The notes: a model not told the origin generated them from the sequence alone. 51,956 nt of DNA from Thermoplasmata archaeon (GCA_028864975.1 JAGWLG010000026.1:1-51956), one strand, 5' to 3'; shown: positions 17,934 to 28,014, counted from the first letter of the stretch. Numbers and translations are program-made.

Positions 17934-19277
17934 TCAGGACGCTGAGTCCACTGTCGCCTCCCCTCGTAGCACGAGGAAGAGCGCGTGGGGCCCTGGGAGC
18001 TCGAGCACCTCTCCCTCCTCACCGAGCACGTGGTCCTCACCCAAGGGATAGTCCACTGCGCCAACCAGCCTGACGCGAACCGGAGCGGCCCCGGGCACCA
18101 CGGGCAGAACGGCGTCCCGTAGAGGAGAGAAAGAGGCAAGCTCGTCGAGGCGGAGCGGCCGCACCCGAAAGCCGGTGCCTCCGTGCAGGGAGTCGGGGAG
18201 ACGGATCAACCGATGGATGTCGGTGGTGACCGGGGCGTCGGTCTCACCCTGGAAGAGCACTCTTCCCTCGGCCAACACGACCTCCACGAAGGGAATGGGG
18301 ACGCCCTTCGCCTCCCCCTTCTCCTTTCCCCCAACGTCCAACACGAGCTTCTCGCGGGCCTTCTTCGCCTTGCCCTCGGCGAAGAGGGAGCGTGCGACGA
18401 TGAACGCCTGGTCGCTCCGAAGGTGGGCGATGCCGTGGCGCTTCCCGCGCTCAAGGATGTCGTTCGTGACCTCGGCGACGCTCTTGCCCTCCCAGGAGTC
18501 CAAGAGGAGGAAGAATGCGCGCGTGAAGCGCCCTTCCCAGCCCGGAGCGTCCGGTGGGGGAAGCTTCGGGATGCCCTGGAGCGTGGTCGAGGGGGCCCTT
18601 GATCTGGACCGAGAGCCAGCGGGTTCGGCGGCGGCCCCCGAAGAGGGCGCCTTCGGCCCGCGTGAGGTGCCCTTCGGAAGGTGGACCTTCGCCTTCTCCA
18701 GGGGGAAGAGGTACTTGCTGAGGTCGACCCCACTGCCGCCGAGGTACTCGACCAGTTCCCGACGGGCCGCCGAGCTCAGCGAAAGGAAGGAGTCCTTGTG
18801 CACGTGGGCGTGGTATCCCCGTCCGCCCGAGAAGGCCAGGGTCAGGTCCTCTTCTCCGAGCCCGAAGTCCTTGAGGAGATAGTCCTCCACGAGGATCCGG
18901 AACTTCTTGCGGACGAGCTCGAGCTGGGCCGGATAGGAGAGCCCTCCCGCGTCCTGGAGATGGTCGGCGTCGAGGTCGAAGATGAGGTCGGCGCCTTCCC
19001 ACTTCTTCGAGATCATGATGGGATGGGCCGGGTCGCTGTAGTAGGCGCTCGAGTAGTAGGCATGCCTCGGCACCTCCCGGACGAACATTTCCCGGAAGGC
19101 CTCTGCCGAGGGGATCGCGAGGTGGCGCCGCATCCCTCCACCGGAGAACGGAGCGTAGGCGAACTCCCGCTCCGAGGCGCGCGAAGGTGGGGCGGGAGGG
19201 TGGAACTTGTAGTGTTCGAGGAAGAACTTCTGAGCGAACTCCAGCGAGGGCCCTTCCAGCGCGACGGTCTTACCCAA
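17934..19277 (-). CDS. priS: Archaeal DNA primase catalytic (small) subunit
   Basis: PRHAYYSSAYY, ADLIFDLDADHL, FSGGRGYH and DAPVTTDIHRLIRLPDSLHGGTG motifs; TTG start. Confidence 0.95.
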   Translation of the reverse strand: MGKTVALEGPSLEFAQKFFLEHYKFHPPAPPSRASEREFAYAPFSGGGMRRHLAIPSAEAFREMFVREVPRHAYYSSAYYSDPAHPIMISKKWEGADLIFDLDADHLQDAGGLSYPAQLELVRKKFRILVEDYLLKDFGLGEEDLTLAFSGGRGYHAHVHKDSFLSLSSAARRELVEYLGGSGVDLSKYLFPLEKAKVHLPKGTSRGPKAPSSGAAAEPAGSRSRSRAPSTTLQGIPKLPPPDAPGWEGRFTRAFFLLLDSWEGKSVAEVTNDILERGKRHGIAHLRSDQAFIVARSLFAEGKAKKAREKLVLDVGGKEKGEAKGVPIPFVEVVLAEGRVLFQGETDAPVTTDIHRLIRLPDSLHGGTGFRVRPLRLDELASFSPLRDAVLPVVPGAAPVRVRLVGAVDYPLGEDHVLGEEGEVLELPGPHALFLVLRGEATVDSAS

Positions 19278-19309
19278 GGATCCTCCGCGACCACTCCGAG
19301 GTGGAACGT

Positions 19310-19912
19310 TCAGACGCTCTCTGGGCGCCCTTGCTCTTCCTCTCGTTCGGGCCGTCGGGCGAAGGTGGGTTCCTCGGGTCCTGTGATCGAGCGGACCCGG
19401 GCCCGCTCGAGATAGGAGTAGACCGCCCCGTGCTCGCTACCGCGGAGCAGGAGCTTCACCCCGCGTTCTCCTCGCTCGAGCTGCTCCGCCGTTCCGATGA
19501 GCGCCACGGCCGCGCCGTAGACGGAAACGGAGCAGCCGGAGAGCTCCTCGACACGCTCCCGAGCGCGTCCCTGTTCCCCGATGAGGCGAGCTCGGAGACG
19601 ACGCATCGCGTCCTTCGTCCGCTTCCCCGAGATCTCCTTCATATCCAGGACCGAAAGGTAGCTCTCGCCCTGGAAGAGGCGGAAGGCGCGCTCGGGAGAG
19701 AACCCTCGGCCGATGGCCAGAACCACGTCGCGCGCCTTCATCGCGCCCCAGGGGTCCTCGGTGGGCGGCGAGGTGACCAGCACCGAGTTGTCGTCGCGGT
19801 CGATCTCGAGGTGGGCGCCGCTCTTCTGCTCGATGGCCTTCTTCACCGCCCCGCCGGTCCCGATCAGGACGGCGACCCGCTCTTCCGGGATGCGGACGAA
19901 GACCTCGGTCAT
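19310..19912 (-). CDS. KH-domain rRNA-processing protein (archaeal Dim2/Pno1-like)
   Basis: RVAVLIGTGG, AIGRGFSPERA and RARLIGEQG motifs; coupled to rio1. Confidence 0.92.
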   Translation of the reverse strand: MTEVFVRIPEERVAVLIGTGGAVKKAIEQKSGAHLEIDRDDNSVLVTSPPTEDPWGAMKARDVVLAIGRGFSPERAFRLFQGESYLSVLDMKEISGKRTKDAMRRLRARLIGEQGRARERVEELSGCSVSVYGAAVALIGTAEQLERGERGVKLLLRGSEHGAVYSYLERARVRSITGPEEPTFARRPEREEEQGRPESV

Positions 19913-20676
19913 GGCAGGAGGTCACCGCCCATCTCGGCGTAAAGGGTTTCGGGCGCGCACTCGACGCCCTGACGCGAGAAGTACCGCGCGAAGGTCGCCG
20001 CGTCCCTTCGGAGCATCTCCTTGGCCTGGGGGTGGTCCGCCCGGAGGACCTGACCCACGTCGATGAGGACCGCGTGGTCTCGGTGGTAGAGCACGTTGAA
20101 GGGGGAGAGGTCACCATGGACCAACTTCGCTTTCTCGACCATCGTTCTCGACGCCTGAGCGATCTCTCTCCTCAGGGTCTCCGGTTCTTCGATGACCGCC
20201 TTGACCAGCGGTGGCGAGGGGAGCCCTTCTACGCCCACGAACTCCATGAGCAGAAGGTTCCTGAACTGGGCCATCGGCTCAGGGACCGGCACCCCGGCGT
20301 CGTGGCACCGCCCAAGCGAGGTGAACTCGCGGTGCGCCCATGCGGCGACCATGCGAGGGAAGCTCCCACCGCCGACCTCCCGTCGGATCTCGGCGAGGGC
20401 CCAGGGGGGGAGGTTGCGAAAGATCGAATTGGAGATCCGATAGACCTTGAGGGCCCGGAACCCTTTGGGCCCGCTGACCCGGAAGACGTTCGCCTCCTTC
20501 CCCGTGGAGACCGAGAAGTCGACCTCGGAGAAATGTCCCGAGCTCACCATCCGGCTGACCGCTAGCAGGGTGGGTCGGTCGAAGACCTCGTCGAGGACGT
20601 CGCGGTGCCACCGCTCCTTCCTCCGGTCCTCGGTCCGCTCACGACGGGGGAAGACCACATCCTCGACTCTGGGCAC
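19909..20676 (-). CDS. rio1: RIO1-family serine kinase
   Basis: STGKEANVF, ALKVYR, EFTSL, LVHGDLSPFNVL and IDVGQ motifs. Confidence 0.93.
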   Translation of the reverse strand: MPRVEDVVFPRRERTEDRRKERWHRDVLDEVFDRPTLLAVSRMVSSGHFSEVDFSVSTGKEANVFRVSGPKGFRALKVYRISNSIFRNLPPWALAEIRREVGGGSFPRMVAAWAHREFTSLGRCHDAGVPVPEPMAQFRNLLLMEFVGVEGLPSPPLVKAVIEEPETLRREIAQASRTMVEKAKLVHGDLSPFNVLYHRDHAVLIDVGQVLRADHPQAKEMLRRDAATFARYFSRQGVECAPETLYAEMGGDLLP

Positions 20677-20770
20677 GGGCTCTCCAAGCCGTGGGGTATC
20701 TTACACCTGCACCTCCGCGAGCCGGCGCCAATCTGTTTAAGATGGAGGAGTCGCTGCTCCCCTCGCTGCC

Positions 20771-21280
20771 ATGGTAACGGACGTGGTCATCCTCGGCATC
20801 GGACTGATCCTGATCGGTGTCCTCCTCCTCATCATGGAGTTCATCCACCCCGGGACGTTCGTGGTCATTCCCGGAACGATCATCGTAGTGGCAGGCGTGC
20901 TGTTGCTCGCCTTCGGCTCCTTGGACATCCTGACGACGGTCGGGGGTCCCTTCATCGTCGCCGGGGTCCTGATCGGGGCCGGTATCCTCGCGATCCTCTT
21001 CTACAGCCGTCTCGCCCCCACGCACCCGCCCGTGGCAAGTACGTTCGACACGCTCCAGAACTACCCAGGCGAGGTGACCGTCGCGGTCGAACCCGGGACG
21101 ATGAAAGGGAAGATCCGGGTACGGGGGGAGATCTGGAGCGCCCGGTCCGACGTGGCGATACCCGTCGGCGCCGAGGTCAAGATCCTCGGGGGGCAAGGAG
21201 TCATCCTGCGCGTGGCCCCGGCCTCAGATGGGGCCTCGCCGCCGGTCAAGGACGCCCCGGACCCATCCTCATCGACGTAG
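20771..21280 (+). CDS. NfeD-family membrane protein (short form, OB-fold C terminus)
   Basis: Three TM segments (LLIMEFIHPG) followed by GKIRVRGEIWSARS; upstream of an SPFH gene. Confidence 0.88.
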   Translation: MVTDVVILGIGLILIGVLLLIMEFIHPGTFVVIPGTIIVVAGVLLLAFGSLDILTTVGGPFIVAGVLIGAGILAILFYSRLAPTHPPVASTFDTLQNYPGEVTVAVEPGTMKGKIRVRGEIWSARSDVAIPVGAEVKILGGQGVILRVAPASDGASPPVKDAPDPSSST

Positions 21281-21317
21281 AGATTCACAAGATGCATCAG
21301 GAGAAGGAGTGAACACC

Positions 21318-22826
21318 ATGGCGGGCAAACCTGGAACACCGACCTCGGCGATCTCGGCCCCCCCACCACCCCCCTCGTCCCCGCCGCGGAGCGCGGGACC
21401 CTCCGGCGGGAGCGTGATGGGATGGGACGCCAGCAAGACCGTGGGCGTCTACGCGGTCACGGGCCAGATCCTGATGATGCTCCTCGCGATGATGGTCCTC
21501 TTCATCGCGTTGGGGATCGGGCTCACCCTGATCCAGGGCGGGATCGTCTTCGCGATCCTGGCGTTCTTCGTGGCCCTGCTCGTCTTCGTCATCCTCCTGC
21601 ATGCGATCTACTCGATCCAGCCCTACGAGATCGCGCTGGTCACGGTCCTTGGTTCGTACAAGGGCTACCTGAACCCAGGGTTCAACGTCGTCAACCCGGT
21701 GGCCAAGGTCTTCCGCGTCGACCTGAGGACGCAGGTCCTGGAGGTGCCCCGCCAGGAGGTCATCACCAAGGACAACTCGCCCACGAACGTCGACGCCATC
21801 ATTTACATCAAGGTCGTGGACGGAGCGTCCGCGGTCTTCCGCGTCCAGGACTACCGGCTCGCGACGGTCGCCCTCGCCCAGACGACGCTGCGCAGCGTCA
21901 TCGGCGACATGGAGCTGGACGAGATCTTGTACAACCGTGAGACGATCAATGCCCGGCTTCGGGACATCCTCGACGAGGCCACCGACAAGTGGGGGGTCCG
22001 CGTCGAAGCGGTCGAGATCAAGGAGGTCGACCCCGTCGGGCCGGTCAAGGCCGCGATGGAGGAGCAGACGGCCGCCGAACGTCAGCGGCGCGCGGCCGTG
22101 CTTCGAGCGGACGGCGAGAAGCGCTCGGCCATCCTTGTCTCCGAGGGGTCGAAGCGCTCCCGGATCCTGCAGGCCGAAGGGGTGCGGCAGTCGAAGATCC
22201 TGGAGGCCGAGGGAACGCGGATGGCCACGATCCTCGAGGCCCAGGGAGAGGCCCAGCGCCTGCGGATCATGTCCATGGGCGCGGCAGCTCTCGACGCTAA
22301 GGCCCTGACCGTGCTCTCGCTCGACACCGCGACCAGCATGGCCGCCGGCCAGGCGACCAAGATCCTCTTCCCGTTCGAGTTCACCCGGCTGATGGAGGGG
22401 GCTTCCGAGTACCTGGGCGTGGGTCGGACGGTCCCCGAGCGGTCCCTCAACGACCTTTCCTCTCTCGAGAGGACCCTGGGGACCCCCGACGACGTGCTGG
22501 GGCCCATCCCCCGTCAGGAGGAGCTCGCCACCGAAGTGCAGGCGATCGAGGAGGAGCTCAAGGCGGAGAACGTGGACGATGAGGATGTCAACCCACCAGC
22601 TCCCCCCGCGCCGCGTGCAGGGTTCAGCGCCGCCCGTCCTCCCTCCCCGGCGCCCTCGCCCTCGCCCGCGCCCGCCGCCGCGCCCCCGGCTCCGGCCCCG
22701 AAGCCCGCTGCTCCGTCGGCCCCCCGTGCGGCACCGGCGGCTCCCCCCAAGCCGAAGCCCCCCGCGGCCAAGCCTGCCCCGCCTCAGGCGGACTCAGACT
22801 CGGTCAGCAGCTCGTCCTCGGATTGA
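21318..22826 (+). CDS. SPFH/stomatin-like (QmcA/HflC-like) membrane protein with a Pro/Ala-rich tail
   Basis: VDLRTQVLEVPRQEVITKDN, LAQTTLRSVIGDMELDE, KWGVRVEAVEIKE; SD-like AGGAGTGA before ATG 21318. Confidence 0.93.
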   Translation: MAGKPGTPTSAISAPPPPPSSPPRSAGPSGGSVMGWDASKTVGVYAVTGQILMMLLAMMVLFIALGIGLTLIQGGIVFAILAFFVALLVFVILLHAIYSIQPYEIALVTVLGSYKGYLNPGFNVVNPVAKVFRVDLRTQVLEVPRQEVITKDNSPTNVDAIIYIKVVDGASAVFRVQDYRLATVALAQTTLRSVIGDMELDEILYNRETINARLRDILDEATDKWGVRVEAVEIKEVDPVGPVKAAMEEQTAAERQRRAAVLRADGEKRSAILVSEGSKRSRILQAEGVRQSKILEAEGTRMATILEAQGEAQRLRIMSMGAAALDAKALTVLSLDTATSMAAGQATKILFPFEFTRLMEGASEYLGVGRTVPERSLNDLSSLERTLGTPDDVLGPIPRQEELATEVQAIEEELKAENVDDEDVNPPAPPAPRAGFSAARPPSPAPSPSPAPAAAPPAPAPKPAAPSAPRAAPAAPPKPKPPAAKPAPPQADSDSVSSSSSD

Positions 22827-22953
22827 GGTCCCTCCCCCCAGGGTCGCCGACCCCGCGGTGAGGCCCTCACAAAGCGTTCGTTCGTCTTCGGACGTCCGAT
22901 TTGCCGTCAATACCCTTTTAGGCTAGGCGTACGTTGGCGTGCCAATCCTCGGC

Positions 22954-25900
22954 ATGTATCGGCGGCGCAACCCCCTCCACGGCGTGGCCGTCCTCGTCGC
23001 GTGTGCGGCGATGCTCTTGGGAGCGGGGCAGGGGGTCGCGGGGGTACGAAGCTCGAATCTCGCTCCCGCGTTGGGGGTCCCACCCTCGGTCCTGAGCGGC
23101 GGTTCCGCTCTTTCCAGTGGGGGTGGTAGCTCCTCTCCCGGGGTTGTGAACCTCGCGAGTCAGCTCGGCCACCTGGTGGTCCCCGATGGCACGTGCAGTT
23201 CTGGGCGGGGCGGCACATGTCCTCACCTCCAGACGGCGATCAGCGTGGCTCCGAGCGTCATCTGCCAGGTCGGAACCACCTGCCCTGCGGGCGTCCCTCG
23301 TTGGACCAACGTGACGATCTGGGCGAACGCGACCGGGCACTCTCAGCTCGTCTACCCCCCGAAGGTCCAGGTCATCTTCGACATTGAGACAACCCTCTTC
23401 GACGGCGTCTACGATCCGACAGCGGGGGACGTCGGGCTCTCCTCGTGCAACGGACCGTGCAAGGAATCGAACGCCGTCCCCTTCTTCGTCGCGAACGCGG
23501 GGACGATCGCGAAGGACATCACGGGGGACTTCCCAGGGAGCAATGTCACCTTCGCCATGGTCGATTACTTCTCGACAAGCAACATCGCTCCCCCCTCCTG
23601 TACGACCGGGGGGTCGTACACGGGGGACCATGACGACGGCGACGGGTGTCAGTACCACGTCGACTTCAAGAACTTCGTCGACGCCACCAAGTTCGGTACC
23701 CTGGTGCCGCCCTATTTCGCCAACTACACCCTAGGGAACGGGGCCGCGAGCTGCACGACCGGGGCACAGCCTCCGGTGATGTACTGCGACAGCGACTTCT
23801 CCGACAACACACTGGACTCCTCCTCCATCACCTCGCTCTACGGAGCGCTCCAGGGGAGCGGGATCCAGGTCGACAAGAAGGCCGATGTGGTCATCGTCTG
23901 GATGGGGTCAACGGCACCCCGCGACCCGAGCTACACCGTGGACTACACGCCGTTCGACGCCGATGCGAACACGGGCACGTCGGCGACCTGCGAGCCCTCC
24001 TTCAACTACATCGTGAGCGGCCTGGTCTCGCCGAATTGCGAGGGCTGGGTCACCCCGACGACCGCGAACTACTCGATCGCGGACCTCGCGCTCAGCAAGA
24101 CCCCCAAGATCCTGATCAACACCGTCGTGCTGGATACCGGGACCACGCTTCAGACCGGTGGTGACTATGTGCAGCCCACGAGCGCGGCCGCGACCCAGGA
24201 CACCACGAACATCGTGAAGGCCGCCTGCGACCTCGCGACGGCGACGGGGGGTGCCTGGGCAGGGCCGGTCGGCTTCTCCTGCAACGGCGCGAGCGGCTAC
24301 CTCTCCGGCGGTTTCATCCCGGCGGGGTCCGAACAGAACCCTCCGACCGCGTGGAGTTCCAACCCCCTGTTGGGAACGGCCCTGACCAACGTGCGGTTCC
24401 CTCTGGGCTGGACGAACTCCACCGCGAACGGGGTCACCACCAACGACACCTTCCAGTTCATCCCGGAACCGGGATTCGCGATCCCCCGGGGCGCGAGCTA
24501 TACCCTGGCTTCGTGCTACCGCTCCCCTACGAACCCGGGGCTCCCTTGGCCCTGCCCGAGCAGCCCGAACGCGACGGGCCTCGCCAACGGGGGGGTCGGA
24601 TGGGCCTGGCCCCACAATGCGACGGAGGACGCGATGTACCTCAACGACAGCTGGGGCGTGACCTTCCCGGTGGAGGCGACCGCGGCGCTCAACAGTTCCT
24701 TCGTGGGGGTCCCGGTCCCCGTGGATGCCTGCCAGGCCCAGCTCTTCCCGTCCTGCACGGGTCCGGTCTCGGGAAGCATCTCCGCCGCGAACTACCTCCC
24801 GTACACGAACGCCCCTCCGCCGGTCTCCGCCTCCTTCCCCGCAGGGACCGTCACGGTCTACGACACGGGCCCGGTTGTGCGCATCTCCGCCGCCCCCTCG
24901 AGCGTCGACGTACGTCCGGTGGTACCCATGCCCGGGGTCTACTCCACGGTCCTCACCGCGTCCGTCCTCGGAGGCAGCGGCATCTACGGCTACGGCTGGT
25001 CCGGCCTTCCCCCCGGCTGCTATGCGGCCGACCTCGCTTCGGTGGTGTGCTCTCCGACCAGCACCGGGACCTACACGGTCTCGGTCGCGGTCACCGATTC
25101 ACACAACGTGACGGGGACCGCTTCGTTCACGCTCGTGGTGCATCCCGATCCGGTGGCCGTGCTCTCCGCCACCCCATGGGCCGGTCCCACGCCCCTCTTC
25201 ACTGTGGCCAACGCCACCATCACCCAGGGCCTCGCCCCCTACAAGGTCGACCTCTCCTGGGGCGACCGGTTCAACGACAGCACGTCGCTTCCCGCTCACC
25301 ATGCCTACCTCCTTGCCGGGACCTACCACCTGGCGCTCACGGTCACCGACGCGGTGGGAGGAGAGGCCTTCTCCTCGCTTTCCGTGGCCCCCGTGGTTCC
25401 TCTTTCCGTGGGGCTCAAGGTGTTGCCCAACTCGGAACCTTTCGAGCAGCGCAACGTGGCGTTCAACGCGACCATCTTGAACGGGTCCGGTCTCTTCCCC
25501 TACTTCTTCTCCTGGTCCGGGCTCCCCGGCGGCTGCATCGGGGGGAACCTCGCCCAGATCACCTGCGCTCCCACAGGGCCCTCTCCCTTCGCGGGTACGA
25601 CGGTCACCGTCTACGTGCAGGACTTCGCCGGCGAGAACGCCTCGGCCACCCAGGTCATCCATATCCGTGCCCTACCCATTGTCGTCCTCGTCCCCATCGT
25701 CGGATGGGTCCCCGAGGACAAGCTCGTCTCGGACCTGGTCACGGTCCTGGTCGGGTTCTTGGTCGGGCTCATCGCCTACTTCGTCCTCATCGCGGTCTAC
25801 CGCTACGCTCGCGAGCGTACCGGCAAGGACGAGGACGAGGGGCCGAGCGGGAGACCCCCGCCGGGGCCGTCCCCCGTCGCGGCCCTCGCCGCCCCAGCGC

Positions 25901-26133
25901 CCGCGGCGGTCGACGCGGGACCGCCCCCCGGGGCACCGTCCGTCGAGGAAGGTCCGCCCTCCGTTCCCGGAGAGCTGCCCCCGGCACCGCCGTTCGTCGT
26001 GCCCGAGGGCCCTCCCCTCCCTGGGTCGAAGGATGCGCCGCTCCCTTCGAGCGATGAGCCTGGCGGCGACCCGAACGCAGCTCCTACCGGGAGCGATGCT
26101 ATCCCGGACCCGTCCGCTCCCCCGTCGCCGTGA
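22954..26133 (+). CDS. Large cell-surface protein: signal peptide, VWA-like domain, PKD/Ig-like domains, TM anchor, Pro-rich tail
   Basis: VQVIFDIETT..VTFAMVDY..DVVIVWMGSTAPRDP resembles a VWA fold; YGWSGLPPGC and HHAYLLAGTYHLALTVTDAVG are PKD-like; C-terminal TM present. Confidence 0.8.
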   Translation: MYRRRNPLHGVAVLVACAAMLLGAGQGVAGVRSSNLAPALGVPPSVLSGGSALSSGGGSSSPGVVNLASQLGHLVVPDGTCSSGRGGTCPHLQTAISVAPSVICQVGTTCPAGVPRWTNVTIWANATGHSQLVYPPKVQVIFDIETTLFDGVYDPTAGDVGLSSCNGPCKESNAVPFFVANAGTIAKDITGDFPGSNVTFAMVDYFSTSNIAPPSCTTGGSYTGDHDDGDGCQYHVDFKNFVDATKFGTLVPPYFANYTLGNGAASCTTGAQPPVMYCDSDFSDNTLDSSSITSLYGALQGSGIQVDKKADVVIVWMGSTAPRDPSYTVDYTPFDADANTGTSATCEPSFNYIVSGLVSPNCEGWVTPTTANYSIADLALSKTPKILINTVVLDTGTTLQTGGDYVQPTSAAATQDTTNIVKAACDLATATGGAWAGPVGFSCNGASGYLSGGFIPAGSEQNPPTAWSSNPLLGTALTNVRFPLGWTNSTANGVTTNDTFQFIPEPGFAIPRGASYTLASCYRSPTNPGLPWPCPSSPNATGLANGGVGWAWPHNATEDAMYLNDSWGVTFPVEATAALNSSFVGVPVPVDACQAQLFPSCTGPVSGSISAANYLPYTNAPPPVSASFPAGTVTVYDTGPVVRISAAPSSVDVRPVVPMPGVYSTVLTASVLGGSGIYGYGWSGLPPGCYAADLASVVCSPTSTGTYTVSVAVTDSHNVTGTASFTLVVHPDPVAVLSATPWAGPTPLFTVANATITQGLAPYKVDLSWGDRFNDSTSLPAHHAYLLAGTYHLALTVTDAVGGEAFSSLSVAPVVPLSVGLKVLPNSEPFEQRNVAFNATILNGSGLFPYFFSWSGLPGGCIGGNLAQITCAPTGPSPFAGTTVTVYVQDFAGENASATQVIHIRALPIVVLVPIVGWVPEDKLVSDLVTVLVGFLVGLIAYFVLIAVYRYARERTGKDEDEGPSGRPPPGPSPVAALAAPAPAAVDAGPPPGAPSVEEGPPSVPGELPPAPPFVVPEGPPLPGSKDAPLPSSDEPGGDPNAAPTGSDAIPDPSAPPSP

Positions 26134-27157
26134 GACCGGGGGCCGAAGGAAGCTCGTCCCGGGAGGGACCCCGGCTCGAGCTTCGACCTTGGTGGGGGAG
26201 GCTGCCCTCTGGGAGAGAGGCGGCGGCGTAGACCGCTCGCAGCTCTTCGAACTTCCGAGTGAGCAGGGCGAACCGTCCGAGGCGGGTCTCGCTCCGGAAC
26301 GTCTCCGCCAGGCGACCCCCTTCACGAAGGCGACGGCAGTCCCGAAGTCCCTTGACCTGGAGATACGCGGCGATCACGGGGAAGGCGCAGAGTCCGAGGA
26401 GTCGGACCGCGCAAGGGGCCGGGGCGGTCGGGGGAAACGGCCCCGAGCGAGGTCCCATCTCCCATCGGTCGTAGAGCCGAGGAAGGAGCTCGCGCACCCA
26501 AGAAGTCGAGCGGAGCACGTCCCGGTAGTAGGATTCCCCCACGAGGGGTCGGGCCACCAGAAGCTCCCTCGCCTCGAGGAGGTCCGACGACCGGCTAAGG
26601 TACTTCCGCGCCGTGGACTCGTCCATCACTTGGTTGAAGCACCATACCGAGCGGTCCGCCCGAGGTCCCATGCGAAGCGAAAGGAAAGTGAAGAGCAAGA
26701 CCGGCCAGAGCGCTCCGTCGCGAGTGATGACGAAGAAGTCGAGGTCGGCCCCCTCCTCGGCGGCGCCATAGGCGACGGAGCCGGTGACGACGACCGTCCG
26801 GACCAGGGGAAGGACCGAGCGCAGCAGAGCGGGAAGCTCGTTCCGCGCCTCCTCCCAGCGCGTCGATGCCAGGGCGCGGCGTCGGTGCAGGTCGGGCGAC
26901 ACCTCCGTAGGGGCCGCCTGAAGCCAGGGGGTGAGCGGCCCGCTCTCAAGGAAGGTCCTGAGCTCGGGCACCGTCCGCAGCGGTCCAGGAGGCAGGAGCA
27001 ATAGGAGCTCCTCCAGGGGGATCCGCGTGCCGAAATGTCGTGCGATATGCAAGAGGAGGCTGAGCCTCACGGACTGGGCGTCGAGGCCGCGGGTCCGCCC
27101 GGAGGCCTCCCGATGCGGTGCCCTTCCCCCGGAGCGGCCGCTTTCGACATCGGCCAT
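26099..27157 (-). CDS. Pol-beta superfamily nucleotidyltransferase domain protein
   Basis: VVVTGSVAYG..ADLDFFVIT (GS + DxD motif). Start moved to ATG 27157. Confidence 0.75.
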   Translation of the reverse strand: MADVESGRSGGRAPHREASGRTRGLDAQSVRLSLLLHIARHFGTRIPLEELLLLLPPGPLRTVPELRTFLESGPLTPWLQAAPTEVSPDLHRRRALASTRWEEARNELPALLRSVLPLVRTVVVTGSVAYGAAEEGADLDFFVITRDGALWPVLLFTFLSLRMGPRADRSVWCFNQVMDESTARKYLSRSSDLLEARELLVARPLVGESYYRDVLRSTSWVRELLPRLYDRWEMGPRSGPFPPTAPAPCAVRLLGLCAFPVIAAYLQVKGLRDCRRLREGGRLAETFRSETRLGRFALLTRKFEELRAVYAAASLPEGSLPHQGRSSSRGPSRDELPSAPGLTATGERTGPG

Positions 27158-27261
27158 CGGCCAGGCTCGAAGGCCACGCGCCCCATATACCGGTGCGGCC
27201 ACGGAATGCCTTCCCCTCGAGTCTTCGAAGGTCAAGGCTGGAGCCCGCCTCCACCCTACGG

Positions 27262-27909
27262 TCAGGAGGTCGGCCGTTCGTCCCGTCCCTTAGGTTCCGG
27301 CCCGGAGGGCGGGTTCTTCGCCTTTCGTCGAAGAAGGAGGAAGATCGCCACGATCACGACCAACATGACCGGAACGCCCAGTTCGACGATCCACAGGTTG
27401 TTGGCCGCTGGTGCCGCAGGCGAGCCTCCCACCGTGACCGTTCCCTGCATGTTGGGGAAGTGGTAGCGGCAGATGAACTGGTAACTCCCCCACGTGGGGA
27501 ACGTCACGGTCACCGCGATCGATTGTGTCGCGTTCAGCGTCCGGTCGGCGAGAAGGTTCGGCCAAGCGAAGTAGCTCCCCGTGGCGTTGCTCGTGCTGGT
27601 ACCGGAGGGGGCTGACGTGTTGACCCTCGAGGAGAGGGTGAAGGTGTGGGCCGTGCTGCCCAGGTCCTGGACCACGAAGGTCACTGTACGGGTGGGAACG
27701 GTGATGGACGAGGGAACGAAGCTCAGTTGATCGGTCACGTTCAGGTGGACGGTGGTGGTCCCGGTCGCGTTTCGGACGAGGGTCCCTCCCGGGATCGGGA
27801 CGGTCGACATGGCCAGGGCCCCAGGAAAGGCGAGGAGGATCCCGGTGAGCATGCCGAGAACGAGAGCTCCTTTCCTTCGGCGAGCGGAGCGCGTGGGCTC
27901 GCGGACCAT
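27262..27909 (-). CDS. Membrane-anchored cupredoxin (type 1 blue copper protein)
   Basis: Signal peptide, SFVPSSITV, AHTF and C-x2-H-x3-M (CRYHFPNM) ligand set; C-terminal TM followed by RRKAK. Confidence 0.88.
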   Translation of the reverse strand: MVREPTRSARRRKGALVLGMLTGILLAFPGALAMSTVPIPGGTLVRNATGTTTVHLNVTDQLSFVPSSITVPTRTVTFVVQDLGSTAHTFTLSSRVNTSAPSGTSTSNATGSYFAWPNLLADRTLNATQSIAVTVTFPTWGSYQFICRYHFPNMQGTVTVGGSPAAPAANNLWIVELGVPVMLVVIVAIFLLLRRKAKNPPSGPEPKGRDERPTS

Positions 27910-28014
27910 CTGGAAGCAAAGGTATCCCCTGGTTATATTCCTCCTCGTGACCGAAAGGTAAGCAGCGCAGGGGCCGGACGCTCGCTGCGGCCGACGTCTC
28001 GAGCGGCTCGATAC

